Shown piece by piece: positions 33,538 through 45,576 of a DNA stretch of 64,000 nucleotides. The stretch covers positions 2,016,001 through 2,080,000 of the forward strand of contig OZ244587.1 of assembly GCA_965218095.1 (NCBI GenBank), read 5' to 3'. A model generated the notes under the pieces. That model had not been told where the DNA came from and did no database searches. It saw only the letters and a program-made list of their open reading frames with translations. The first letter of the stretch is position 1; each line of letters starts with the position of its first letter. The stretch is from Candidatus Poribacteria bacterium. Lineage in GTDB: Bacteria > Poribacteria > WGA-4E > PCPOR2b. The position numbers and the translations under genes are program-made.

Positions 33538-35370
33538 ATGAAGGTTTATAATCCTATGGAAAAGACTGCCCAACGGATTCAACCCCTTCTCCCGCTCCTG
33601 CTAATCTGTCTGGTTGGCGAGGAATTCCTGCCTCAATATAGCCCCGCCCAAACCGACGCCCCCACCTTCGGCCTCAGTTGTCAGGGCGCCCGCTTACACG
33701 ACGTATTGAGCAACCTCGCCACCCAAAAGAGGGTCAATCTCGCGGGACTCGATGTCATCCCGCTGACCCTCACCCTCACAATCAACCTCAACGTGGTGCC
33801 CCTTGAGGCAGGACTATCCGCGCTGTTAGAGCCAAAGGGGTTCACCTTTGAAAAACGGGGCGAGATCTATTTCATTAAACAACCTCCGCCTGAAGATAGA
33901 CGCCTCTCGCTCAACATCTCCGATGGGAAACTCACCCTTGACGCGGACATGACCGACGTGAATCGGGTCATCCGGGCGTTAGCACAAGCCGGCATTAGCA
34001 TGACGAGCGCCGCCAACCTGACAGGTCAGGTCACTGCGCATCTCCAAGATCAACCGCTCGACAAAGCCCTGCCTGTCCTGTTCGTCGACTTCGCCCTACA
34101 GGTCTCGGACGGCATTTACCGGGTTGAACAGCGAGCACCCTTGCAGTACGGAGGCTCGACCTGCCTGATTGCCGACGGACGCTTCTCCGTAACAGCGTGG
34201 AACGCGAGTTTGACTCAACTGCTGGGGGAGTTAGCAGCGCGTGCACAAATCAACCTGTCGATAGTGGGGGATATTGAACGTCAAATCACACTGCGGCTCG
34301 ATAACCGAACCCTTTCGGAGATGCTAACCGATCTGGCGCAGATGACGGGACATACCTATCGCCAAATCAATGACCTCCACTTCTTTGGCAAGCCTGAGAT
34401 TAAAGTGGATGAAGTGAACCCCCTCATCGAACGCAAGACCATCTGGCTAAAACACCTGCAAGCAGAGACAGTGCTCAACCTGCTCCCGACCAACATCCCC
34501 AAGCAAAATATCACCGTCTCCCCGACGCACAATACGGTCACTATTGTCGACTCGCTGCATCTAATCCAAGAGACCGAACAGTTCCTTGCCGAACTGGATA
34601 TCGCCGACGATGCGATTCGGGGTCGCCAAGCGGGAGGGGCGATCGCCATTGATGTGGAGCGCGGCACATAACGGCTGACCGTTGACCTCTTAAACGCCCC
34701 CCGCTTCGATGTGATTCGCCAACTCTCCATCCAGACCGGAATCGATGTGGTTTTCTTAGGCGCGGGTGGAGTGGAGCCGAAGACGACAGCTTCCTCGCCA
34801 GCGGTAGCCCGTCGTCAAAACTCCCAGCCCCAGCCCAGCACATCCGCCGACACCGTGACCCTCCGACGGACCGACGCGACTCTGGAGACCGTTCTATCGG
34901 CACTCTTCTTGGGGTCAAGCTACACATACAGATGGGTCGAAACCGCCCTAGACGAAAAACCGATGCTGGTTATCGGCACGGATCAGGACGCGCCATTCGT
35001 GGAGGAGGAACTGATTGCGCTGAACTATCTGGAGGTGGCAAAAGTGATGGAGTTACTTCCTTCGTCCCTCAATGTGAAGGTCACCCCCCTCCCCGATCGG
35101 AGCGCCTTGCTAGTGGCGGGCACCACAGAGGAAATCGAGGTGTTTCGGGGTATCTCGGAGAGATTGATGTCCCCCAACCGCAGGCGATGATTCAACTCTA
35201 CCTGCTGGAGTTGACCCACGGCAGCCGTGACGAGTTAGGGCTGACCGTCAATGCCGCCGAAAATCGAACCACAATTCAGATAGAGGATGGGGGGGGGGGG
35301 TGAATTTCGACTCGCTGGCGAGTGTCCCCCAAGCGTTCAACGCGAAACTGTCCGCCTTAGTTGAGGAGAA
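33538..35370 (+). pseudogene. Secretin (T2SS/T4P, STN and secretin-N domains), truncated
   Basis: Repeated V/ITxxL..vpL..AL..LL STN-like motifs, LKHLQAE, IDVPQPQAMIQLYLLEL, AKLSALVEEN; TAA at 34669, frameshift near 35150, G12 run, barrel domain missing. Confidence 0.7.
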
Positions 35371-35625
35371 CTTGCGTTTGCATTACACATACCCAAGATC
35401 AGGAAGTTAAAGATCTTTTTGGAGATCTTTCCCCTCCCTGGAAAGCAACTTGGACGTATATCTCTCCAGATGCATGATTCTTGGATTTGCTGCTCCTGTT
35501 TGAATTCACGGGAAACGAGCCAGGCGGTTCCAGAATGAACCTTGCGAAGGTTTTCGTTGAGCTCTTAGAGGGTGTTTGAAAATTCCAGAAAAACCCTTCA
35601 CAAAGTTAACAAGGAGACATCCACA

Positions 35626-36384
35626 ATGAACATGAATCAAGCACTGCACGCGCTCGGCGTCCGGGACGACACGTTATCGGAGGAAGAGAAAAACTTCCTG
35701 GATGTAAACGGCTATCTCCCGCTTGGGACGATTCTAACCCAAGAACAGATCGCGCGTTTAATCTCTCGCTTGGACGAACTGGGGGTGTTGGAAGGAGAAG
35801 ACGCTGGCAAAGAACTCCATCAGGAAGAAGGGACGACGCGGGTGAGTAACCTCGTCAATAAAGATCTGATGTTTGAGATCGGCTTCACGCACCCGCGGGT
35901 GCTAGCCGCCATGAGGCATGTCTTGGGCAGCAGCTTCAAGCTGTCCTCTTTAGACTGTCGGATGGCATTACCCGGGCATGGCCGTCAAGCGTTTCATGCC
36001 GACTGGCGCTCGGGGGTGCAACCGGGCGATTACTACGTTTGCAACTCTATGTGGTTGCTGGATGATTTTACGGCGGAGAATGGCGCGACGCGCGTTGTGC
36101 CGGGGTCGCATCGTAGCAGAGAACACCCCAAAAATGCGATGGAGGACCCAGCGCAACCGCATCCAGAGGAAATTCAAGTAATAGCCCCTGCGGGGACTGT
36201 CGTTATCTTTAATTCGCACATCTGGCATGCTGGCGGGCTGAATCAGACGGACTCACCCCGGCACGGGATGCTTTCCTACTTCTGCCGTCGTGACCAAAAA
36301 CAGTTGACTGATCAGCGCAAATTTCTCCAGCCGGAAACATACGATCGGTTGAGTGAGGCGGCGCGGTTTATTCTGGGGGTTTGA
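35626..36384 (+). CDS. PhyH family dioxygenase
   Basis: LDVNGYL, FHADW, NGATRVVPGSH, WHAGG.N. Confidence 0.92.
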   Translation: MNMNQALHALGVRDDTLSEEEKNFLDVNGYLPLGTILTQEQIARLISRLDELGVLEGEDAGKELHQEEGTTRVSNLVNKDLMFEIGFTHPRVLAAMRHVLGSSFKLSSLDCRMALPGHGRQAFHADWRSGVQPGDYYVCNSMWLLDDFTAENGATRVVPGSHRSREHPKNAMEDPAQPHPEEIQVIAPAGTVVIFNSHIWHAGGLNQTDSPRHGMLSYFCRRDQKQLTDQRKFLQPETYDRLSEAARFILGV

Positions 36385-36501
36385 AGGTTCGGCAGCCTAT
36401 ATGCGCCGGAAGATAAGCTGGAGAACCGGAAAGTACGAACACGATCGGAGCTGTTGGGTAAAAACTGCTGATAAGGAATAAAGCAAAGAGAGGAAAAGCT
36501 G

Positions 36502-37395
36502 ATGAGTGTTATGATACAAGACAAGATCATTGATGCGCACATTCATGTTTGGACATCTGATTTTGAAAATTATCCACTGGCGCCCGGTTTCGATAAGAGT
36601 GACCTGTGGCTGCCATCCTTTACACCTGACGAATATCTTCAATACAGCCGATTAGTTAGAAATGTGCGGATAAATCTGGTGCAGATGACCTGGTACGGTC
36701 TCGACCACAGTTACATTCTAGATCTCATCGCGGCGGCCCCAGATACCTTTGTCGGAACAGGCATCGTACCAGCGGTGATAGATGTGTCGCTTGCCAGCCC
36801 GGATAAAACGATGATAGCGTTGTCTCGTCGGGGGGTGTATGCCTTCCGCGTGCGTGGGGGGCACGCACGTATGCCCATAGGCGATGTCGCGCGATGGCTC
36901 AACTATCCGGGGTACGAGAAAATGTTTGCAGCGGGCGCAGAACACAATCTCGCCCTGAGCTTTCTGATGGGCATTCACGATTTGCCGGATTTAGACCGAA
37001 TGTGTACCCGCTTTCCTGAAACACCAGTGATTCTCGATCATGTCTGCGGGGTCAGGATCAAAGATGGCGTCTTCCCTGAGGAAGCGCTTGAGACGCTCTG
37101 CCGGATGGCAAGGCATAAGCGCGTGATGGTGAAACTTGGCTCCTTTCATACTTTGGGGGACGGTAAGCCTCCCTATCTGGATCTGCTCCCGTTGATTCGG
37201 CGGGTGGTTGATGCCTTTGGTCCGGAGCGGTGCATGTGGGAAAGCGATAGCGGGGGACCCGTAACAATGAGCGACCCGCAGACTGACTATCCGGCGGCAA
37301 TTGCGCTTATCCGTGATCACGCTGACTTTTTAAGCGACTCGGAGGTGGAACAGATCCTCTTCAAGACCGCGGAAGATTTCTTCTTTAACCGATAA
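36502..37395 (+). CDS. Amidohydrolase_2 family protein
   Basis: IIDAHIHVW, VILDH, FGPERCMWESD. Confidence 0.9.
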   Translation: MSVMIQDKIIDAHIHVWTSDFENYPLAPGFDKSDLWLPSFTPDEYLQYSRLVRNVRINLVQMTWYGLDHSYILDLIAAAPDTFVGTGIVPAVIDVSLASPDKTMIALSRRGVYAFRVRGGHARMPIGDVARWLNYPGYEKMFAAGAEHNLALSFLMGIHDLPDLDRMCTRFPETPVILDHVCGVRIKDGVFPEEALETLCRMARHKRVMVKLGSFHTLGDGKPPYLDLLPLIRRVVDAFGPERCMWESDSGGPVTMSDPQTDYPAAIALIRDHADFLSDSEVEQILFKTAEDFFFNR

Positions 37396-37738
37396 GGGGT
37401 CTGCAAGTCTCTTTACCGGAGCACTGACGCACGGAACCGCGGACTGGAAGGGAAAGCACAAGTAACGTTCACCGCTATATAAATATTGCCAGTCGCAGGT
37501 GGCGTGGTCCAGACGGCGGGTAAAACCTCCAACAACTGTTGAGTTGACGCCTCGCCAGAAGATTCTCTTTGAAGAACCCTCGAATCCAGGAAATTTCTTC
37601 CCTTCTCTTTTTGCCCCTGAGTTTGTGGGAAACAACTGATCCTAATTTGACAGGGCAACATTTCACGACGATCGAACGGCGGTTTGGAGCTTCCATTGAG
37701 GCGTATTCTGGTTAGATGGATGCAAAAAGGAGAAGTAT

Positions 37739-38642
37739 ATGGTCAATACAGGAAGCCAATACGTTAACCCCGACAGGGTGGTGCTGGGGGAATGCACCCG
37801 AAAGGAGATTCGGGAAGCATTGCAGCGTGGAAAATTGAAAGCCACCATTATCCCCATTGGCACCACCGAGCAGCATAATGAACACCTGCGCCCTGAACCT
37901 GGATATCGTCCTGTCCACGTTTATCTCTCAGCAGGCTGCGCTGCAACTCTACCCACAGGTCACTGTTGCCCCGCCCTATCCGGTAGACTACTCCCCCTAT
38001 CACATGGCGCGAAAGGGCACCCTGACGCTGCGTAAGGAAACGTTGCAGGCGTACATATTCGACGTAATGGAAAGCTTGAAGACCCACAGCATTCGCACCG
38101 TTTTGGTTGTGAACGGTCATGGCGGCAATCACGGATTGCTTCAGGACGTTCTGCCGGCGTAGCGGCGAGAACTGGGTGCCACCCTGGACGAGGATTCGTA
38201 CTGGATGGGACTCACGGACGAGGACCGGGAAACCATCCTCCAGGGCTACCGAGATCTCAAAGCCGGTAAGCTGGACACAGTAGCACGGCAAACTGCTTTG
38301 AACCATGCTTCAGAGGAGGAGACCTCCGTGATGTTGGCGGCTTTCCCACAGCGGGTACGCGCCTTTACCATGGAAGCGTATGACGCCGCCGGCTTGGACT
38401 ACGCACATAATCTATCACCTGAAGTTGAGGCCTATCTCGAACCTTTCTCGAAGGAGGGTTGGCCACAGGGGGGACCGAATCCGGAAAACCCTCGTGACCG
38501 TGCCCGTCAGGAAAACGCTTTGCTTACCACCGTAGAAAAAGGCGAAGCGCTAATCTCCATCTACACTCAATTCATAGCCGGCAAATTGCAGAAAATGATC
38601 GATGCAACAGAAAACGGACTTCTCTGGCCCCCGGCTGAGTAA
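37739..38642 (+). pseudogene. Creatininase family protein
   Basis: IPIGTTEQHNEHL / VNGHGGN / HASEEETS; frameshift near 37890, TAG at 38160. Confidence 0.85.
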
Positions 38643-38718
38643 GGAACCACCAATGAACGCGACTTTAATAGAAGTACGGCACGTCCAGCGTTGCACGAAA
38701 TCCTATAGGAGGTAAAAG

Positions 38719-39586
38719 ATGAAATACAGAATAATGGGAAGAGCCGGGGGGCAGGTTAGCGAAGTCAGTCTGGGCGGTGCCTACCTGATGGGGAGCGCCC
38801 CGGATCGCGCCCAGGAAAATGCCACTGAAGTCGTTCAGCGTGCGTTCGAACTGGGAATTAATTACATTGACACAGCCCCCCTGTATGGCAGGAGTGAAGA
38901 GCTGTTGGGCGGCACCCTTGAAAGCGTGGCTCAACACTTTATATGTCGCCACCAAAGTCGGCTATGATCCGGAGGACTTTGACTACCGTCGGGACAGCGT
39001 CCTCTGGAGTCTCGAACGAAGCCTGAAACGGCTGCGCGTTCCGAAGCTATCAATTGCGCAGATCCATGAGGTCAATATGGCAGGCTGGGAGCGTATCATG
39101 GAGCCGGGAGGTACGCTGGAAGGCTTGAGGGAAGCGCAGAAACAGGGGCTGTGCGAAAGAATCGGCGTTACGGGTCGGGCCATCCCGCTCCTGGCAAGAC
39201 TTGCAGGAACTGGTGAGTTCGACACAATGTTAGTTTACCACGACTATCACCCATACTCGCAAAAGGCAGCAGAAATGGTCATCCCGTCAGCCGCCGCGCA
39301 AAAGATGGGAATTGTTATCGCTACCGTATTGGCTGGCGGCCTGTTTGCCGACGCAACCCGGCGTGTGAAGGCATTGGCGGCAATATCAGATGACGATGAA
39401 CGAGAAAGCGCCCGTCGCATCATCGAACGGCTACAGGGTGAGCCCGGCACAGTGGCGCAAAATGCCTTCCGGTACGTCCTTGCCGATTCAAGGTCCACCA
39501 CGATTGTTAGCGGCGCGGCCAATGTCGCCGAGCTTGAAGATGTTGCTCAGGCGCCGGAAATGGGCTCGTTACACAGCTTCGCATAG
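38719..39586 (+). pseudogene. Aldo/keto reductase, frameshifted near 38920
   Basis: GINYIDTAPLYGRSEELLG / YVATKVG..SLERSLKRL..IH. Confidence 0.85.
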
Positions 39587-40434
39587 ATCCGAAAACGCGA
39601 ATCGGACAGAACCTGATATTTGTCCACAAAGAAGTCTGTCGAGTATTTACCAGGTGCATTTGGTCAGAGACCGTCTGCTCGACTTCATGCACGTCCACAT
39701 TTCTCAAATAGATGGTCTGCCCCCGGGGCGCAAGCTCGCGGCAAAGCATCCAACAGGGACAATCACATTTATAGCAATCCGCTGTACATTTTTCGGTCTT
39801 CAATGTTTCCTCGTTTCTGATTGATTCGTTCACGATGAATACCAAAAAAACACCTGCGAAGTTATTGTGGGTGTTTTTTCTTTTCCCTTCCTTTTATCTT
39901 CTTCGTGGGTTATAATTCCACTCACTAGTCCACCCAAACAGCGTCAAATGTTAAATTTGATCCCAAGCGCAGTAATTGTGTGAGAAATCGTCAAGCGACG
40001 TGTCCGCAAATAGGCACTATTCTACACACCAAGAGAAGAATACAGACATCGTAGGTTTCGCCTGTATTTACGGGCATATTGAGAACGTCCGTACGCGTCA
40101 AATCCTTCCCTCATATGACTCCTGACCAAACCCATGATTTTTGACGCTTACTCCTTGATTGGTAGCTCTGCACTTAAGTGTGGAGTTGTGGCATCCGCCT
40201 TCATCGCGGGCATTCGATTCAGACCACTGTCGGACACGAACTTGGTAAGCCCTTGTCATCACAGCATTTGTGTGTCCGACACTTGTCCGACAAAGGTGAA
40301 TTGATCCCCGCTTTTGGGTTGGATGACGGCCGCCACACTTTAATGTGGTGCTACCCCTTGATTTTCGTCCAGAGTTATCGGCTCTTTTTTCTGAACCTTT
40401 TCATCTTGAGATTCGCCTTTAGTTATTAAAGGGG

Positions 40435-41804
40435 GTGAATCCGTTGGTAGAATCCGATGATGTAATATTAGCTCGCCGCAGTGCGAAAGGCGATGAGCAA
40501 GCCTTTTCCCAACTCGTACGTCGTTACGAGCGTCAGTTGGTAACACTCATACGCTATCTTCTAGGTAACGCTGAACACGCGGAGGATGTTTTGCAAGAGA
40601 CGCTCGTGCAGGCGTGGATAGGTATCCATCGATTGCGCGAGCCAAGCCAATTCGGCGCATGGCTGTTACAGATAGCTCGAAATCGCTGCCGCGACTTCCA
40701 CAGAAGTGTCCAATGGCAAGGGGAACCTACAGAGTTAGGCGTATTAGAGGAGATGGTCAATCGATTCGGGTATCAGTCGATTGGTCAACGTCGAATTATA
40801 GCGCAGGTGACAGACGCCCTCGAAGAAGTACCGTCCACTGAACGTGAGGTAGCACGGCAATTCTACCTTGAAGGATTTACCATTGCCGAAATTGCCGCAC
40901 GCAATCGTCGTCCAGAAGGAACAGTCAAACGACAATTGTTTTTTGCTAGGAACCACTTGCGTCAAACACTTAGAATTGTACATAAGCAAAGGAGCAGTGA
41001 GATGATTACACGCAAACGAGGGTCGAAAAAGCAGCCATTCCCTATTCAACACCCAGAAATTGTCATCACGGAAATTGAGGCAGAGCCTTTTTCAGTGGAT
41101 TGTCCCGAACTTCGATGGTGGTTCATCGTGCCCAAAATCGGCGAGCGAGTGCTGTATGGGACCTATGACCCGACAGCTTGGAAACTCACCGAAGTCCATG
41201 AGATACAGGTGGTCAGACCCGGCCGCGTGCATGATTTGGACGGGGTTGAGATTGACATTCACACATGGAATCCCCAAACCGGCTGGCTACCGTCAGCGTG
41301 GCAGATATACGGCCGGTTGACCGAAGAGAAGGCGGAGTATTTGGCGGTGTCACAACTTCACGATGGCAAAAGTTTTTGTACACCTTCCTCGACAAAGACT
41401 TCGATTTCGACTGGGGGCAGATGCCTCGAAAGTTGGAAGACCAGGGGCGTTTCGTGCCCCAAGCGGATGGTTCGCTCAAGCAGGTACATAGTGTTGACAA
41501 CATGGAAGCCAGCGGAGCGGGTGTTTTCTCCGTCACGGTGGGTGAAAGGCACTTTACCTGCCTCCGCGTATTTGAGTTGAATGGACCTGCCACAGAACTT
41601 GATGCGCCAATCACTGAAAGCTACGTAACTGAGGCGGGGCGCACCGTGCTGGTCCGGCATTTCTGTCACCCGGAGAAGGCAATACGTGATGACCAGGGGA
41701 ACCGGGAAGGCGTCGTCGTTGATAAAGAGGTGCAAATTGTTATTGATGGTGTCACCTTTGTTCACTGGTATGATAGCTTTTCTAACTTGGCATTTGGATT
41801 TTAG
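40435..41804 (+). pseudogene. ECF sigma factor with long C-terminal extension, frameshifted near 41370
   Basis: AEDVLQET..FGAWLLQIARNRCRD; EIA..PEGTVKRQL..AR; C-terminus continues in ORF 41265-41804. Confidence 0.8.
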
Positions 41805-41841
41805 CAAGGCGGGGCATGCCTCGCCTCTACTGGTACTTCTC

Positions 41842-42282
41842 CATATGGAGAGTCCGGATGGAGAGTCCGGCAGGACGCCCAAAGCCTGTCTTCAGTTTGA
41901 CAATGCCACTAATTCTGCGATCCATCCGCGTTAAGCACGTCGTAGCCGACACAACTAGCGTGGAAAATGACAATGCGTTGGGGGCATCGGAAACGGGTAA
42001 TTCGGCCTGTATGAGATCTGGCGGAAGTGGTACGTTTGGGGTAGCGATTTTCGGAGGGTTTAGTGGGATGCGTCTAGCGGGCGTGCAGAGATTCCTACTT
42101 GTGAGCTCAGGTGTGGCTTGAGGAGAGGATGTGAGCGTTCTATCGATTATGTTTATCGTTCTCGGCTGCACTTGGTCGCGCTCGATTGCGATATACCTGT
42201 CTGATGCAGGGCTTGGCCTAACGATATACCCCACGATCCTAGCGATCTCGCCCCTCATTCCGGGTCTGGGTGGTTTCTGCCA
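41842..42282 (-). pseudogene. Pro-rich linker fragment, probably the upstream half of the DUF4159 gene at 49148
   Basis: AELPVSDAPNALSFS..FGRPAGLS; joins in frame to the 49156 ORF at CAT ATG. Confidence 0.5.
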
Positions 42283-42446
42283 AGGAGCGAAGAATCTCCT
42301 CGTTAAGGTGCAAGAGATCCTTCACTTCGTTCAGGTTGACGGGAGAAGCGCGCGTTTTACTCGCTATAAGTTCAGTTGAGCGCCCGAAACGGTCAAGAGT
42401 TTCGGTTCAAATTGTACTTATTGGTGCAAGCAGGACATTGCCATTC

Positions 42447-43022
42447 CTACTTCCGATAAATCGTCACCTCCATCGCATCCCGTTTGACCCAGGGCAGATC
42501 TGTATCAAACCAGTGGGCCTGACTCTCGTAATGAGAACGTACATGATTGAGATAATCCGCCATCCCCGCTGCACCAATTCCCACGTTATCCGCAACAACA
42601 GTTGCCCCGTCAATGAAGCGCGATTCAATTGCTCGAAAGCAGGGAAAGTAGTTGCTGTAGTTATTGTCGAGCAGCAGGAAATCGATAGGCTCATCAATGG
42701 TTTTCAGTACTGCTGTGGCATCTCCGATTCGCGAATCGACCAGATCGCTGAAACCGGCGCGTGCAAAGTTTTCCTGCGCCTCACGGGCACGGTCAGCGTT
42801 AACCTCAATGGTGATTAACCTGCCTCTGCCGGCGGTTTTGAGTTTGGCAACCATCCAGAGCCCCGAATAGCCAATCGCAGTGCCACATTCAACAATCAAC
42901 GATGGCTGCGCTTTTCCGACAAAATTCGCGAGGAATTCTGCCTTTTCAGGTCCCAGCATCGGAATATGCTGTTCCCGGCAACGTTGATCTACTTCCTGTA
43001 ATACCTGATCAAATGGAGTCAT
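42447..43022 (-). CDS. Class I SAM-dependent O-methyltransferase
   Basis: IVECGTAIGYSGLW, ITIE, IGDA, VVADNV. Confidence 0.9.
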   Translation of the reverse strand: MTPFDQVLQEVDQRCREQHIPMLGPEKAEFLANFVGKAQPSLIVECGTAIGYSGLWMVAKLKTAGRGRLITIEVNADRAREAQENFARAGFSDLVDSRIGDATAVLKTIDEPIDFLLLDNNYSNYFPCFRAIESRFIDGATVVADNVGIGAAGMADYLNHVRSHYESQAHWFDTDLPWVKRDAMEVTIYRK

Positions 43023-43055
43023 TGGCGTTCCTTTCTTCACCTGAAAGAAGTGTCC

Positions 43056-44335
43056 CTAAAGGCGATCCACGGCGTAAGTATTTAGCAGTTTCTCGTCAAC
43101 CTCCACGCCGAATCCGGGTTTGTCGTCCAACGCAAAGAAGCCGTCGCGGGGGGTGGGACGCAAGCGGAGGTAAAGTTCATTCTCAGGGGCTTGGCGTGAG
43201 GGGCCGAAGGTTTCTGCCCGACACGGCATCGGTAGGCAGGCAATCAGGTGTAAACCCCAGGGCGTCCCACCCTGATGGGGCCAAGTCGGGATGCCTTGCG
43301 CTGCCGCTTCGTTGGCAATCTTGAGACACTCGCCGAAGCCACCCGCCCAACTGATGTCGGGTTGAATCATGTCAGCAACTTTCCAGCGCAGCAGTTCACA
43401 GAATCCGTAACGGGTAAATTCATGTTCGCCGGAAACGATCCAAGTGGAATGAATCTCCCGAACGAGTCTTCCCATGCCTTCATAGTCATCCAGAGCAATT
43501 GGTTCCTCGATCCACTTGAGATTGACATCGGCGGCAACTTCGGCGAAACGGAGCGTGTAATCCACGTCCCATCGAAGATAGATGTCCGTCATCAGTTCTA
43601 TATCAGATCCGACCGCCTGACGTGCTTTGTGTATGTTGTCGAGATTCTGTGCAAACCCTTCCTCGCCCTGGAGAGGTCCGTTTCGGAGGGGATGCTTACA
43701 GGCTGTAAATCCGTGGGTCACGTAATATTCCACATCTGCGCCGGTGGCATACGCTGGTATCTTGACCGTGGCTCATCCGTAATCAAGTTATAGGCTGGTG
43801 CGTCCAGAATCTTGCCACAGAGATCCCACAGGGCGAGGTCGATACCGCTTAACGCATAAATGACAATCCCCCGTCGTCCGTAAATCGACGTGATGTGATA
43901 GAGGCTGTCCCAGATCTCCTCCACATCAAGTGGGTCACGGTCCAGCACGAAATACTTGATATGGCGGTCAATGATGAGCGCCCCGGCAAGACCGCCACCG
44001 CCAAGTCCATAGCCCTTTAGTCCTTTGTCGGTTGTGATTTCTACCATAAGCGCCCCCGCTTGCGTGGCAAAGGGGCCACGCCAGTCAACGTGCGCCTTTT
44101 CTGGCATAGGCAGCGTCTGACGGTGTTTGTCTCCCTGGGAAAAGGCCATTGATACCATGGCGGCAGGATTCAGGTTGATATGCCAGGTCCGAATCCCCAC
44201 AATTTTGTGGCGTGTTTTCGCCCGATCCTTCCACTCAGCAGCACGAGACTGTACTTCTGCAATGAGATTAGCAGATTTGGCTGCGATGTTCGCTTCGCTC
44301 TCAGAGTCAGTGGGAAGTTGTTGTTTGTAGAACAT
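43056..44335 (-). pseudogene. Mandelate racemase/enolase superfamily dehydratase, frameshifted near 43768
   Basis: SGIDLALWDLCGK / LMTD..WIEEP..GEHE..QPDISWAGG..PH. Confidence 0.85.
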
Positions 44336-44422
44336 AATGTAATTCTCCGTTTACCTTTTGAGCGGGAGGCATACAACCTTGCAAAAATTCCAAACCTTCG
44401 CAAGGGTTAAATTGGATTCTCC

Positions 44423-45304
44423 TCAAAACGATTCTCGCGCGGCACGCTGTTGAAAGAAACGGATCAACGGTTCAACGTAAGAACCATCCGTCCGAATTTC
44501 GATATTGTCAATCTTGTTTGACCGGAAGTGCTTTCTACGCGCTTCAATTGCGTTGAGGTTGAGTTGGCGATACATTTCTCGCGCCCTCGCATCCCGTGTG
44601 TCCAGGATAATTGCCTCGTCAGTTTCCGCATCCTCTAGTTCGATCAGTCCTACGTCAGACAATACTTCTTCCCGTGCATCCTGGAGGGTAATCGAGACCA
44701 GGTCATGTCGCTTGCTCGTGACCTGCAATCGCTGTTCGTAGCCCTGGTCTTTGAAGTCGGAAATCAGGAACACAACACTCCTGCGTCGGAGGACACGATC
44801 AACATACTCCAGTGCAGCGTTGATGTTCGTCCCCTGCTGTTGTGGCTCGAAGTAGAAGAGCTCCCGAACGACACGAAGGACATGCTTTTTGCCCTTGCGT
44901 GGCGGAACAAATAACTCCACTTCATTCGTGAAGCAGATCAGACCCACCTTATCATTATTCTTGATAGCGGAAAAGGCGAGAAGCGCGGAGATTTCCGCAG
45001 CGATTTCTGCTTTTGTCTGCTGGTGTGTACCAAAGTCAGCAGAGGCGCTAGTATCGACGAGCAGCATCATCACCAACTCGCGTTCCTCGACATATTTTTT
45101 GATATATGGCTGCCCCATCCGCGCAGTCACGTTCCAGTCAATCGTGCGGATCTCGTCACCGGGCTGGTATTCACGCACTTCGTCGAACTCCATGCCTCTG
45201 CCCTTGAACACGCTTTCGTATTCTCCTGCGAAGATGTTGTTGACAAGGCGACTCGTGGAGATCTCGATTCGGCGGATCTTTTTCAGAATCTTTTTCGTAT
45301 TCAT
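44423..45304 (-). CDS. DUF58 (vWA-like) protein
   Basis: FKGRGMEFDEVREYQPGDEIRTIDWNVTAR, EEREL..LVDTSAS, ISDF. Confidence 0.93.
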   Translation of the reverse strand: MNTKKILKKIRRIEISTSRLVNNIFAGEYESVFKGRGMEFDEVREYQPGDEIRTIDWNVTARMGQPYIKKYVEERELVMMLLVDTSASADFGTHQQTKAEIAAEISALLAFSAIKNNDKVGLICFTNEVELFVPPRKGKKHVLRVVRELFYFEPQQQGTNINAALEYVDRVLRRRSVVFLISDFKDQGYEQRLQVTSKRHDLVSITLQDAREEVLSDVGLIELEDAETDEAIILDTRDARAREMYRQLNLNAIEARRKHFRSNKIDNIEIRTDGSYVEPLIRFFQQRAARESF

Positions 45305-45419
45305 AAAATTGTGCTGAATAAATTGGGCAGGTTGTCCGTCTAAAAGACAAGTGAAAGGTGAAATTAATGGGGTTCGCATCACGCATTACCTTATTATAAC
45401 ATAACGGAGGAATTTCGCA

Positions 45420-45554
45420 ATGAAAATGAGATGGCTGTGTATCGCCTGTTTTGCAGGGCTGTTGGTAATCGTTCCCACTGGTATCGCACAAGACCGACCG
45501 GCGTCGCATCGTCGGATAGAGATAATGCGGAAAATCTTTAATCGCTTGAAATAG
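45420..45554 (+). CDS. Signal-peptide ORF (44 aa), probably the frameshifted N-terminus of the downstream selenoprotein
   Basis: GGAGG RBS; MKMRWLCIACFAGLLVIVPTGIA-QD..; different frame from 45577. Confidence 0.5.
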   Translation: MKMRWLCIACFAGLLVIVPTGIAQDRPASHRRIEIMRKIFNRLK

Positions 45555-45576
45555 GGTGAAAAGATGGGAAAGAGTG

